From Octopus vulgaris (taxonomy: Eukaryota): a DNA stretch of 64,000 nt. Of the stretch, positions 50,491-64,000 are shown in pieces; the stretch's first letter is position 1; each line of letters begins with the position of its first letter. The position numbers and the translations under genes were made by a program. The notes under the pieces are model-generated. The model was not told where the DNA came from. It saw only the letters and a list, made by a program, of their open reading frames with translations, and searched no databases. The stretch covers positions 48,732,001-48,796,000 of the forward strand of contig OX597819.1 of NCBI GenBank assembly GCA_951406725.2. The letters are read 5' to 3'.

Positions 50491-53400
50491 ATAGTTATAG
50501 TATAGTAAGAGGATGAAAGGCAAAGTCTACCTTGGCAGTATTTGAATTCAGCACATAAAGATAGATGAAATGCCACAAAGTATTTTACCTAGCTTGCTAA
50601 CAATTCTTTTCTACCCTAAGCACAAGGCCCGAAATTTTTGGGGAGGGGGCCAGTCTATTAGATCAACCCCATTATGGAACTTGTACTTAATTTATCGACC
50701 CCGAAAAGATGAAAGGCAAAGTCGACCTTGGTGGAATTTGAACTCAGAATGTAAAGACAGACGAAATACCGCTAAGTATTTTGCCCGGCGTGCTAATGTT
50801 TCTGCCAGCTTGCCACCTTAACTGATTCCAAACATTTATTTCTTTATTGCCCACAGGGGGCTAAACATAGAGGGGACAAACAAGGACAGACAAAGGGATT
50901 AAGTAGATTACTTACGTTAAAAAACAATTTTAGAATGATTTTTTTTCTGTCAAAACGCTAAAAATAACTGACCAACAAAAAAAGAAAAACTAACCAAGAT
51001 TCAGCCAAATCAAAAGATAAACCCAAATACTAAGTGAATAAAGATGAACCATCCCACTTCCATTGCGTGCGCACATGCACACACACACACACGCACACAC
51101 ACATTCACATACCCCCCTTTTACATACACACATATATTCACACAGAGTTGAAACGCTGTTTGATTTATTTTTTCAGCAAACAATTTTCATCATCCCACTA
51201 CCAAGTATGACATCACCCCTTCCTTCCTTATTCATCTATTACCCCTTCCTTCCTCATTCATCTATTACCCCTTCCCTTCTCATTCATAAACACAATAGTA
51301 GATTATCTAGGTAACCATGGGAGCTATGAAAAACTACAAAGCCTAGCAACACCACCAGATCATTCTACACATCTGTATAATTTTTCACACAATTCCACCC
51401 AGCCGTTTGACCAAGAATCTCAAGATAAGAAAGAATCGCCCATGTCAAATTTATATGTATAGATATAATAAAAAAAAACGTGTTGTAAATAAACAAATGA
51501 TCATATACTAAATACACAGGCAAACAGAATACAGAGAAGGTCACCAACTCCTGTCGAATTTTCCATTTGTCATCTTTTTTATTTAATCCTGAGAATATTA
51601 TTTATGTAATGTACGAACTCCTTAATTTATTACCCATATGTGTTTAGTGCTTGTTTTTATGTTCTGGTATATTAAAAATAATCTTACATTAAATAATTTT
51701 GCATTAATCTGAACTCTATACTTTTGTAGGGGACAAATTCATTGTCCCCTACAAGAATAATATTGACAGTGACTTCAAAGTTTCAGCCAACTAAGCCATC
51801 ATCAAACTCGTGAGGGTCCAGTTTGGGGTCATAGCGGTGAGGATCCAGTTCGGTATTTCTGGAGTAGTGTGGAGTGTGGAGTGACCTCTTAGTTACCGTT
51901 ATCCCCAGGCCCATTTTGACCCAGAATGGAAGTACCTGCCAGAATCTCATCCAGGGGTTAAATACATTTACCAGAGATAGTGTTGTTTTTGACAAAACCA
52001 TGGCGAAGGCAGCTCTTCCAAGACAAAGATATTCTATTATAAAACTTGCTGTCAAATCAGTACCAACCATCTTGCAATGCTTGTCACTGGAAGCTACTAT
52101 GGTGACTGAGAAAATGGCAAAAGTGTTGTACGGATTTTTGCCGCTTAAATCCAATGACGCACAGATGTCTCACTATCTTTTGAATATGAGACGGCTATCA
52201 TCTGATTATATTAATACATTATATCAAATTATGTTCTATTAACTGAAATGGTGGAAAGAATTCTGTGACTATTGAGAAAGTAAAAAATAAAAAGCAAAAA
52301 CAAAAAAAGCCCAACTAACACTACAAACAGGATTTCTAAATGAAATTGATATGTATAATTTTAGGGGACTTGAAACTGAAATTGATTTAGCTTATCTAAT
52401 GAAGTAAATTGTATTATAAGTAGAGTTATATTGGGCAAAAGGAATGAAGTGCATTTGAAGCAAAAATTTTGGGTGGTGAAGGGGCAAAAAGAAATATAAT
52501 TGGTTAAGCATAAATATCTGTAAAAAATCTCAGATTGATTCCAAAGAGGTTGCTATAGTAATAGAAATATTTGTTTTGCTTACTCTAATTATATGTATGT
52601 GATATAAAGACCAGAGTGTGCTAAGAGGAAGTTGCTAATATATCTGAGAAAAAGCTGAATTGAAATACAAGTAGGTATAGGTTTTAGTACAATGATCAAA
52701 TAAGAAATGGAAGGAAGTGTCTGACTATGTAATAATGAAATTACAGTGTCAAATTAGCTATTTAGCCATTCAAAATCACACAAAAACTGTTAACTTCAAT
52801 TAAACATTTATTATTTAGTGTTGAAATTTTCAGAGCACCAGCTGTGACTTGGTCACTGTCATGATTCCAATGCACCAATTTTTGTGTGTTTTAGAATGGC
52901 TAATTTGTGTTTATCATGGCAGAATTGTTAGTAAGATTCTAAATGCAAAATGCTAAGTGGTATTTTATCCATCTTTACATACTCAGATCAAATGCTGCCG
53001 AGATTAACTTTGCTTTTCATCCTTCAGGGTCAATAAATTAAGTACCTGTTGTGCACTGGGGTTGATGAAATTGACTTAGTCCCTCCCCTGAGCTTGCTGG
53101 CTTTGTGCCAAAATTTGAAACCAATATGTGTCTTTGATGCTGTAATTGTTTTATTTTCAACTCATTGTTTCAGATCAAATGATTTGCCTGGCAAGTACAC
53201 CTCCAGAATATGTGATAAGGTTGTTACGAAAAATATTGAGTGTTCAAAATGCAATGGGATGTATAAAGCTGTAGGTACTTGCATGGAAACTGTGGGAGTA
53301 ATTTGGGTCCAAATTAAATTTATGAGTGTAAGTAGGTTTTAATATGTTGGTGAATAAATTTTGGTAGGGTTTTTGTACATTGGTCGAATAAATAAATAAA

Positions 53401-53673
53401 TGAGAAGTGCAGGAATAAGTATTTTGATACAAGAAAGAATGCTATGTGGGTTATCTATTATGAAATATAATGTAAAGTGGATATGGATATGATTTTCATG
53501 GAGTAAATTAATGACTAAATGGCACAGGTCTAATTAAGTAAATTGTGGATTATTGTTAATATATTGTGTTATAATATGCAGGATATTATTGAAGGAAATA
53601 ATAGAGGAAATATCTGGGGGTGGTTAGAAGACAAAGGAAAATGTAATTAGTTGAGAATAAAACAATATTTGTA

Positions 53674-53744
53674 TGTGTTTGTGTTTTTGCTTGTGTGTTT
53701 GTGTTTTTGCTTGTGTGTTTGTGTTTTTGCTTGTGTGTTTGTGT
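53674..53744. repeat. 20-bp tandem repeat x3.5
   Basis: TGTGTTTGTGTTTTTGCTTG. Confidence 0.9.
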
Positions 53745-54469
53745 GTGCATGTGTGTGTGTATGTGTGCTTCTATGTGAGTTTGATTAATTAAAAAGGAGG
53801 TTATTGTTGTTGTAGCCCTATCCATTACGTTCAGTCTAATTATCTGTAGGTAGTAATTTATTCATATGCTGGAATGGAAGTTATATATACACCAGGGGTC
53901 AATATTGGATTCAAAATACAAGTGGTTATAAGTTTTAGCAGAATAATCAAACAAGTAACAATAGTATGTATTTGACTATTATACTGCTGCTATATAAAGT
54001 AGGGAAGTGTGCAAAATATAATATACTTTACAAGGTTTTAAGTACTTTAGAAGTTGCTAGAGTAAATTTGTGCTTGAAATCAAATTTAATTCAAACCAAT
54101 TGTGTGGGTTGAGCCATCTGGTTCGTCAGTCCTCAGTCAAATCGTCCAACCCATTCAAGCATGGAAAACGGACGTTAAATGATGATATACAGTGTCAAAT
54201 GGATGTTTTTTTTAATGGTTAAATATATGATAAGCTGAGACACAGTTATATCAGCACAAAAAATACCATGTAGTTTATCAAATGAGAAGTTTTGATTTAT
54301 GATGTAAAGATTTATAATGTAAATATGGTGTACTTAGTATTCGTTAATGATTAATTGATACTTTAGATGGTTATTATTCAGTTATCATGGTTAATCTACT
54401 CTGTTAGAGTAGATTAAAGGTTGAAAATGTCATGAGAAAATGACAAAAGACCAAGAGCTGTGGTGATTT

Positions 54470-54763
54470 GTGGTACTTGAGAACATGTATTAAGCCAAGT
54501 AAAATCACAGCCATCTAAACATACAGGCTTGTCTGGTGCCACATAAAATGCACTTATGCTAGTGCTGCATAAATGCACCCATGCTGGCAGTATGTAAAGA
54601 GCACCCAGCACACCCTGTAAAGTGGTTGGTAGTAGAAAAAGCAACCAGCCATAGAAGCCATACCAGGACAGACAATTGGAGTTTGCACAGCTCCCCAGCT
54701 GGCCAGCTCCTGTCAAACCATCCAACCTACGCCAGAATGGAAAACATTAAATGATGATGATGA
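54470..54763 (+). mobile_element. RTE 3' UTR-type repeat with three ~25-nt compact modules
   Basis: Modules at 54531-54606; standard tail. Confidence 0.75.
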
Positions 54764-54790
54764 ATGTTTTAAATGTTTTATGTGAGCAAA

Positions 54791-55132
54791 GTTCCGGGTT
54801 CAGTCCCACTGCATGGCATCTTGGGCAAGTGTCTTCTTTTCTACTCAAGGCACAAAGCCTGAAATTTTGGGGGAAGATGCCAGTCAATTAGATCGACCCC
54901 AGTACGCAACTGGTACTTAATTTATTGACTCCAAAAGGATGAAAGGCAAAGTTGACCTCAGCGGAATTTGAACTCAGAATGTAAAGACAGATGAAATACT
55001 GCTACGCATTTCACCCGGTGTGCTAACGTTTCTGCCAGCTCGCTGCCTTGGGCAAGTGTCTTTTACTATAGCCTCAGCCCGACCAAACCTTTGTGAGTGG
55101 ATTCGGCAAACAGAAACTGAAAGAAGCCTGTC

Positions 55133-55164
<32 letters not shown>

Positions 55165-55410
55165 GTATGTATATGTATATATTTATGTATATGTGTATAT
55201 TTGTGTGTTTGTGTTTGTCCCCCTAACATTCTCTTGACAACCCATGTTGGTGTGTTTATGTCCCTGTTACTTAGCAGTTTGGCAAAAGAGACCAATAGAA
55301 TAAGTACTAGGCTTACAAAGAATAAATCCTGGGGTCCATTTGTTTGACTAAAGGCAGTACTCCAGCATGGCCACAGTTAAATGAGTGAAACAAATAAAAG
55401 AATAAAGAAT
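54791..55410 (+). mobile_element. SINE A hosting a minus-strand SINE E (54836-55049) with 16-bp TSD
   Basis: TSD CTTGGGCAAGTGTCTT at 54820-54835 and 55047-55062. Confidence 0.88.
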
Positions 55411-55755
55411 TCTGAGTAATGGTTAAGGAGAGGTGTGTGTACAAAGAGGATTTTCAGACTTTATGCTGTAGAGAATTGATAGCCTTAATTTTTTTTTGTT
55501 CTTGTTGCTTATGTAGAACTAATATTTTTTGATTTGAGATTCCAAATAAAATTTTAACTGTATGCCACTTCTGTTTTCTTTATAAAAGATATAAGAATGC
55601 TTGATTTTGAATAAATTTTCAGTCTGACTGATTTATGATATAGATAAGATGTTCATTTTTCCAGTAGCACACTGATGAACAGAATATAATATTAATTAAT
55701 AAATGAATGACAAAAGAACAGGAGTTACATAATCACTTTCATTAGTTTATAGCTA

Positions 55756-56233
55756 ATACATACATACATGCATGCATGCATACATACATACATACATACA
55801 TACATACATACATACATACATACATACATACATACATACATACATACATACATACATAAATGAATATGTACATATGTATGTACACACATAAATATATATA
55901 CACAGAAGTGTACATACATATGATATACATACATATGTATGTACATACATACTTATGCATATACTTACATACATATACATAAATTATGTACATATGTACA
56001 TACATACAGATGTATATATGTATGTACTTACATACATATACTTATGTATGTACATATATATTTCTGTACATGCATACATACATACATACATACATAAATA
56101 CATGCATGCATGCATGCATACATGCATACATACATACATACATACATACATACATACATACATACATACATACATGCATGCATGCATGCATACATACATA
56201 CATACACACAGGCATACATACATATTTATATAT
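55756..56233. repeat. (TACA)n/(TGCA)n microsatellite
   Basis: Directly visible. Confidence 0.95.
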
Positions 56234-56444
56234 AACTGTCTGACAACAAACATACTGGTTTAATGTGCAAATAACTATTATTAAAATAGTTAAGTAGTGA
56301 GACCATCAAAATTTGAATCTAGTATATTTGACAGAGCAATAATAAAGAAAAATAGAATTTAATATAGCATGCTTACACACATGCATACACACATACAGAT
56401 GCATGTGGCACTCACCTGTACACAGAAGCACCTCTTCAGCAACT

Positions 56445-56920
56445 CTGCACATTACATTATTCAAAAGGTTAAATTTAAACATCACAGTTGATATGAATTT
56501 AAGCAGAGTTAATTTCTTACACATAACTCTAAATCTAGGTATTGGCAAATATTACCCTTATTGTAAACCTAATGAGAAATGCCAACATATTAATATGGAT
56601 TCCGACACCCTTCAGAGTTTTAACAACATTAGTAAATGCATATCAAGCTTATCTTTTGAGAAGGAAACCTTAAGCCATGCTGTTCTTTATTATGAGGATG
56701 TATTAAAAGATAGTGTCTTCAAAAATAAAATACATTGCACACAAAACAATAATAATATTTATAAATTCAGAAATATGAAACAAAATATCATAAATATAAT
56801 CCTTCTTTTAGATTAAATGTTTGTTCCAATGTTGCCTGCATTTTCTTAAATTATATAAAAAGCATTTCCCCTTGGTCATAAATATCATGAGATCTTTATT
56901 AGAATAAGAAAAAAGAAAAA
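56445..56920 (+). pseudogene. Penelope-like element reverse transcriptase (thumb/linker) remnant
   Basis: LFKRLNLNITVDMNLSRVNFLHITLNL..YYPYCKPN..NISKCISSLS..YYEDVLKDS; after frameshift PSFRLNVCSNV..KHFPLGHKYHEIF. Confidence 0.8.
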
Positions 56921-57081
56921 CATTAAAGTGAGACTTGGTTGCACCCAAAATTTTGTTGCTTCTATACCAGTATAAACCAAACAGACTTCGAGTGTGAACA
57001 TACAAATCTTCTCACCTCTATCTAATCTGAAAAGCTCTAATGTTTGATTTCTCAAGGTTGCTTGTGCTTTTAAAACATTAA

Positions 57082-57303
57082 CCCTTTCGTTACTGTATTT
57101 ATTTTGAGATGCTCTGTGTTTTTCTCAATAATTTTATATATAACAAAGGATTTAGTAAAATAACTTAGTTATCATTAACCTAGTGTCAGAGACCATTAAT
57201 TGTGACTAAGGTTTAGTGGAAGATTTTAATTCAAAATTTATGAAAACAAGACATTTGTACTACAGAGCCAGAGCCAGTTTCAGCCAGGTTGGTAACAAAA
57301 GGG
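57082..57303. mobile_element. piggyBac-type MITE
   Basis: TTAA|CCCTTTCGTTAC...GTAACAAAAGGG|TTAA. Confidence 0.9.
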
Positions 57304-58136
57304 TTAAGTTATTGAGCTAAGATATGTCTTACAGATAACAACAAAGCAAAAAGCAATGTAGGGTTTAATGAAAGTCTCTTTCAAAGTTTATTCTTGTTAC
57401 ATATGTATATATTCAGACACCCTGAAAGACATCATATCAATTCACTATCAAAATATATCTGGAGCTCCAAGGATAGTCATATTAACAATTATAGAACTAA
57501 TTGATCTATTAGAAATTCATATCCCTCTCAATTAATTGTACTAGAAAGTGTGAACTGCTCTTCTTTTTTTCTTTTTTTTTTTTTTTTTGAGAAGAATATC
57601 ATTCTGTTACAGCATTTTGCAATTTTAAACAAAATCTTTGAAATACTGAATTCTTTCAGACATTTCTATTGCTATTTAGTGAGAAGTTTCTAGCTATAGG
57701 TTAACTAAAATAGTTTATTTCCAACATTATGGATTTGCCATAGCTTGAAAGATAGCCACATATTATAACAAGTATTAATTTATTCATCAACTCAAAAGTT
57801 TTAACAATACCCACTACCCTTACTCATGTGTGTTTTATACACTTGATACTGAAGGCATGAAAGCATCACAAATTTTTGTATGTGAAAATATGAAAATATT
57901 ACATGTTTTGGTCTTATAAATTGAACAAATGAATGTATACTACTTTTTCTAACATTTTTTAACAACCAATCAAATTGCTATATATTGACAACTTATTATA
58001 TTTTTCGATGTATTTGAAAATATTTTTGCATATATATTGTTAAGCTACTCATGTGAATAATCAGGAAGATGAAATTCATTTTTACAATTGATGAAACAGT
58101 TTCTAATAATAGGTGTGTGTGTGTGTTTGTGTGTGT

Positions 58137-58428
58137 GAGGTAACATGGCTTAGTGGTCTGCACTGACAATCTAGTAATCATGATTTCAATCCCTAGACTG
58201 GGTTGTGTGTTGTGTTCTTGAGCAAAATACTTCATCTCACGTTGCGCTGCAATCACTTTGACACCTGACGCACGGTACACAGTGCACCTCTTCAGCCAAC
58301 ATTGATTTGATGGAGAGACCGAGCTAATGTGTGGCACGAACATTTGACCACTATGAACAAATTACTTGTGCAGGTAGTTTAACAAAAGCCAAATGTTCAT
58401 TCGTCGTCTTCAACAAAAGGGTCCATCA
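58137..58428 (+). mobile_element. SINE D
   Basis: Matches 31305-31585. Confidence 0.75.
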
Positions 58429-58445
58429 TATATATATATATATAA

Positions 58446-59302
58446 AGCATCAGATGTGGTGTGCAAGAGAGACGACTGCGCTGGTATGGTCATGTGGCGA
58501 GAATGGATGAGGATAGCTGTGTGAAAAAGTGCCACACCCTAGCGGTTGAGGGAACCTGCGGAAGAGGTAGACCCAGGAAGACCTGGGATGAGGTGTTGAA
58601 GCACGACCTTCGAACTTTAGGCCTCACTGAGGCAATGACTACGACCGAGACCTTTGGAAATATGCTGTGCTTGAGAAAACCCGGCAAGTCAAGTGAGACC
58701 ATAACCCGTGGCCTATGCCAAGGGTGTAACCAGCCCACTTATGTGTACCTTTCCTTCATTGGACACTAAGCTCTGCTTGCAAAGACCTGTTAAAGCAAGT
58801 GAAATCGAAATCAAATGAAATTCGCAAATTCGATGACTGGCACCCGTGCCAGTGGAGCACTAAGAGCACCATCTGAGTGTGTTCGCTGCCAGAGCAGTTG
58901 TCTGGCTTCCATGCCGGTGAAACGTAAAAAGCACCATTCAAATGTGATTGTTACCAGTGTCGCCTTACTGGCACTTGTGCCAGTGGCACGTGATAAACAT
59001 TTAAGCATGGTTGTTGCTATTGCCGTTGGACTGGCTCCTGTGCAGGTGGCATGTAAAAAACACCATTTGAGCGTGGCTGTTGCCAGTACCACCTGACTAG
59101 CCCTCGTGCCGGTGGCATGTAAAAGCACCCACTACACTCTCGGAGTGGTTGGCATTAGGTAGGGCATCCAGCTGTAGAAACTCTGCCAGATCAGATTGGA
59201 GCCTGGTGCAGCCATCTGGTTCACCAGTCCTCAGACAAATTGTCCAACCCATGCTAACATGGAAAGCAGATGTTAAACGATGATGATGATGATGATGATG
59301 AT
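58446..59302 (+). mobile_element. 5'-truncated RTE LINE: ORF end (to ~58696) plus complete ~600-bp 3' UTR with 5 diverged tandem units
   Basis: VQERRLRWYGHVARMDEDSCVKK..VEGTCGRGRPRKTWDEV..DL..; frameshift; DRDLWKYAVLEKTRQVK*; (GAT)n tail. Confidence 0.9.
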
Positions 59303-60700
59303 ATATATATATATATGCATGCTTCCATATATACATGCAGACTGCTAGATAGACAGACAAGCAAACAGACACATTCACAAACATGTATGTATATATTTAT
59401 GTATGAGTGTGTATATTTTATTCCTTTGTTCTATTTTACACACACATGTATATTCAGTCTAACTAAAAAAGTGTATTTCCAGAAACAATACACGTCAGTG
59501 AATTAATCATTAATTTCCTTAATTCTCCAAGATATTTGATTCTTGTATCTAATAAGAAAATCCCTTTAAGCCAATTACTTGTACTTCTAAATTTTCTTGT
59601 TCAAACTTTCTTGTATCATTGCACTCTGATAAAATCTTTTGAAGAACAAAGTGGAAATTGAACAAATAGTTTTGTTACTTAGGATTATATAGGAGAATAT
59701 TCACATTCTTTCTATATCTGTTTCTACTTGTTAAAACAATTCTTCTTGGTAACTTAACTGTTTGAGTCTTTCAATAGTTAATCCCCCTTCTCCTTTAAGT
59801 AATCCCCCTAATATGCTCAGGTATCTTATTTGCATGGAAAGTGAATCAGTAGGTTTATTAAGATTAGATATTGTTGAAGATAGAGCAAGTTAGAGATAAA
59901 GAGTTCCTGAATGTGAAGTTTAAAACTATATAGGTAGGTTTTGATATGTTATCTAGTTCAGACTTTCTGGGGACAGATGTGTTCATGTTGAATGCTATGT
60001 ATTATTTCAGATAAGTCTGGGAATGCAACATATGCTTACTGGTAATTTCAATAAAAGAAGTTAAATGATTGAGATGACTTGTATTTTTCAGTTTAATATT
60101 TCTTTACAGACAAAAGTCCTGTTGAAGAGAGACAGAAATAATCGTATACTAAATATTAATTTCAAATTTTGGCACAGGCCAGCAAGTTCAAGAGAGGTGC
60201 TACATCGATTATATCAACCCCAGTGCTCCACTGGTACTTATTTTATTTACTCTGAAAGGATGAAAGGCAAAGGTGACCTTGGTGGAATTTGAAGTCAGAA
60301 CTTAAAGATGGACAAAATGCCACTAAATATTTTGCCTGGTGTACTAATGATTCTATCAGCTCATTGTTTTAATTGTGTATTAGATATTAAAAATTACTGA
60401 TTTGAATTTCAAGAAAAGGTTTCTAAAATGAATGGCTTACTGACAATAAATTATAATTCAACAGCTGAGACATTAGTGCATTTGGAGGAGCATTGTGTCC
60501 AAGTAGAAACCTATTGTTGTGCAGCCATACATAACATGATGTAGCATCTGGCGCCTGCATGGTAAGAAGTTTGCTTCCCAATCACATGGTTCTGGGTTCA
60601 GTCCCACTGCATGACATCTATTATAGGTTCAGGCCAACGAAAGCTGTGTGAGTGGATTTGATAGTTGGAAACTAAAAGAATCCCATCATATATATTTATA

Positions 60701-61967
60701 CAGGGGTTGGACAAAATAATGGAAACACCTTAAAATTTCAAACAAATTTATTTTAATATGGGTAGGACCACCTTTGGCAGTAATTACAGCTTGACTTCTA
60801 TGAGGTATGGACTTGTGCAAAGTTTGAATTGTTTCCAAAGGAATTTTTGTCCATTCTTCAGCTAAAACTGTCTCCAGTTCTTGGAGTGATGATGGTGGAG
60901 GATACCGACTCCTTACTTGTTTTTCTAAAATACGCAATAAATGTTCAATAATATTGAGATCTGGGGACTGTGGTGGCCAGATATAATGTTCAACTTCACT
61001 AGAATGTTCCTCGTGCCATTCAATAACAACTTTAGCTATGTGAGTTGGTGCAATATCATCCTGAAAGATTGTGTTTCCCTCTGGAAACAGTTCTGCAACC
61101 ATAGGATGAATTTGATCAGATAAAATGCTTAGTTTTGACTATTAATTCTGCCACGAAAAGAAACCATTGGGCTGGTGGATTTCCAAGATATAGCATCCCA
61201 GATCATCACAGATCCTCCTCCATGTATAACAGTTGGAAGAAGGCAGTCTGGGTCAAATACTTCTTTTGGCTGTCTCCACATGTATACTTGGCTGGTGATC
61301 AGAAATAAGGTAAAGGATGACTCGTCCGAGAAAATAACATTCTTCCACTACTCTAGGAACCAATTCTGTAAGTTCTTACTCCACTCTAAACACATTGCAA
61401 TGTTTGTTTTTGAAAGTTGTGGTTTTCTGATTGCAGCCCTCCTGTGAAATCCGGCTTTGTGCAGCTCCCGGCAAACAGTTTTTGTGGAAACTGGGTTCTT
61501 GAGGTGGTCATTAAGCTCTATAGTAATTTTGGAGCTATACTTTTGTGATCCTTTCTAACAATTCGCATAAGAGTCCAAAGGTCCCTATCTGAAAGTTTTG
61601 GTTTTCTTCAGGAGTTTTGTTTTGACAAGGAAGTTTTTCCCTCTTTCTCAAAGGCTATCATTACTTTCGAGATAGTACTTTTTGATACACCAAACATTTT
61701 GGCTGTTTTCGTTACATTAGTGCCTGCCATACAAGCACCTACAGTTTGATCACTTTGAAAGTACGATAGATCTGTCATTTTAATGAATTTTAATTACCTT
61801 TTTCTGATGATATCTGAACAGAAACAGCAATTTTAGCAAAACATATGAAGCAACACTAATAATAAATCAAAAAACATAAAAATAAACAAGCTTTTGATGG
61901 TTTTATAGATATTTCAAAATTATCATGCTATGATGCTAAGTCTTTTCATTATTTTGTCCAACCCCTG
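60701..61967 (-). mobile_element. Full-length Tc1-family transposon, DD36E (Incomer-like), transposase inactivated
   Basis: TIRs CAGGGGTTGGACAAAATAATG, TA TSD, 1267 bp; ATG at ~61778; IFSDES..FQDD-x36-E (WPPQSPDLNIIE); internal stops and a frameshift. Confidence 0.92.
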
Positions 61968-62149
61968 TATATGTATATGGTCAAACCATCCAACCTATGC
62001 TAACATGGACAATGGAGTTTAAATGATTATGATGATGATAATGTATATATGTGTGTGTGTCTTTTTGTATGACTGTTTGTAGGGTTGGTGTGAGAGGCCA
62101 GATCTGGCCAGTTTGAACATAAAACATGTAGAATATTCTGGCAGGATAT

Positions 62150-62652
62150 TCTTTTATTCTTTTACTTAGAAGGTTTTTTAGTCAAAGAACTCAACCCCAC
62201 GACTTATTCTTTGTAAACCTAGCACTTATTCTGTTGGTCTCTTTTGCTGAACTGTTAAGTTATGGGGATGTAAACACACTAATATCAGTTGTCAAGTGAT
62301 ATATATAAAGGCAGTGAGCTGGCAGACACGTTAGCATGCTGGGCAAAATGCTTAGCGGTATTTTGCCTGACTTTATGTTCTGGATTCAAATTCTGCTGAG
62401 GTCAACTTTTCCTTTCATCCTTTCAGGGTCGATAAATTAAGTACCAGTTGCATACTGGAGTTGATCTAATCAACTGGCCCCTCCCCAAAAACATTTCGGG
62501 CTTTGTGCCTAGAGTAGAGAAGGATATATCCAATCTACTCATAAGGGTTTGGTTGACCTGAGGCTATAATAGAAGACATTTGCCCAAGGTGCCATGCAGT
62601 GGATTGAACCTAGAACCATGTGGTTGGGAAGTAAACTTCTTACCGCACAGCC
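62150..62652 (-). mobile_element. SINE A hosting a plus-strand SINE E (62308-62525)
   Basis: Tail 62150-62300, head 62530-62652. Confidence 0.8.
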
Positions 62653-64000
62653 AGGCCTGTTTAAATGCCAAAGGGTTAAATCAACTTCACTTTTCTCATT
62701 TTGAGAATGATGACAAAATAAATAAATAAAACAAAATAAAATTGTATAATGGCAACATAAATCTTAGACGTGAGATAACAAACTCAGTAGATGTTTCAAA
62801 CAGCAATTTTGTGGCTCATGACCTTGAGATGAATCACCAGAACAAATCCTGAGTAATAGACATGTGATAGATCGAGGAGGTTTATTCTGCAGTAACACAC
62901 TATAGTCCCTTTCTTTCTTTCTTTTAGATGTTTGGTGACTGGAAGAGAATCTGGCCATAAAAGTAAAAACAGAAATCAATAAAAAAAAAAAGCGACTGAT
63001 AGTCTGGAAAAACAATGAAAAATGATTCAATGACTTAGTCTTATGAATTGTAATCCTATCAAGTTCACTTGCCTTTTCACCTCTCAAAGGTTTGATGAAG
63101 TGTCCCTGCCAGAGATTGTACTTGTACTATAAGTTTCCCACAGCTGTTCAACAATAAGTTGGTTCAGGTTATTGAACAACAACATTAATAATTCCTCTGA
63201 CTTAGACAGATGTTCTGAATCACAGTTTAAATGTCTCCAGGTTTGAACAGAGCAAATTTGGAGCTGTAGCTATGGACTAGTAAAAACTTGGGAAATTAAT
63301 GTCTATCATGGGAGGGGAAGAACCACCAGATGCTACATCCTATTATGTATGGCCGCACAACTGTAGGTCTCTAGTTAGACACAGTGCAAGAAATTATAAA
63401 TATAACACCAGCTCTTTTTTGACATTTTGTGTATGAGCCAAAGAAGAGGCCTTTACATGGTCATTCGATCTGCTAGAAATAACAGTCAAATCTCCCAAAC
63501 ATAACAACTTACCATCGTAAAAAAGGAAGGAGACATGTGTATCCAAATCTAGGGTTAAGTATTCCAAAATACATTGTACTTTAAACACAGACAAGATGAT
63601 TATAAGCTATAATTATAGCTTAAACACTATTGATCATGTCTGGTTAATCATTGCTGGCCTGGTGCTAATCTGGGGCTAAAGAATAACGACTTTTTGTATA
63701 AGTCTATATCTGGTATCTATTTTAATCAAACTAAGAGAATGAGAGCTCTAATCTTCACAGAATTGACAGCAATACCGTTTGGTACTAAAAGAGGAAATAT
63801 AAGTGATCCAAACTGGTTTTCTATTTCTATAACAATACAGCATTAAGAACAATAGCTTTTTTGAATTCAAGAACAGCATCTATTGACAATATATTGTTTC
63901 TATAAAAGAGAGGTTGTATGAAAGTGTCTTTCTTAAATAAGATGGAGCATGGCAGGGAAACATTCAGTTTTAAATCAAAGAAAAGATGGATTTAATGTTA

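Noticed and set aside
52660-53980. Diverged ~65-bp direct repeat (52663-52727 vs 53914-53980)
   Set aside because: Probably two old fragments of an unidentified TE; too decayed to classify
62764-63390. 107-aa ORF and neighbouring unique-looking sequence as exons
   Set aside because: No recognisable domain, non-ATG start, homopolymer runs, no clear splice pair

Overview
AT-rich, repeat-dominated eukaryotic intronic/intergenic DNA with no confidently callable host gene. The (TA)n/(CA)n/(TACA)n/(GAT)n microsatellite load and the SINE motifs suggest an octopus (cephalopod) genome; this is an inference. Nearly all long ORFs in the track are microsatellite artefacts. Real content: four recurring tRNA-derived SINE families (labelled A, C, D, E here), many 5'-truncated copies of an RTE LINE, fragments of R4/Dong-type and other LINEs, Penelope-like element (PLE) remnants, Tc1/mariner elements (a full-length DD36E Tc1, a maT-like element, mariners), and hAT, piggyBac, pogo and Helitron derivatives. 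Two structured-RNA themes stand out. (1) The RTE 3' UTR carries a copy-number-variable tandem array of ~62-bp units, each with a predicted compact H-type pseudoknot (up to 9 modules, with an AB higher-order repeat). (2) Several fold-back palindromes carry minimal hammerhead-ribozyme-like cores typical of PLE pseudo-LTRs. Coordinates were read by eye and are approximate at element edges; family labels are provisional.
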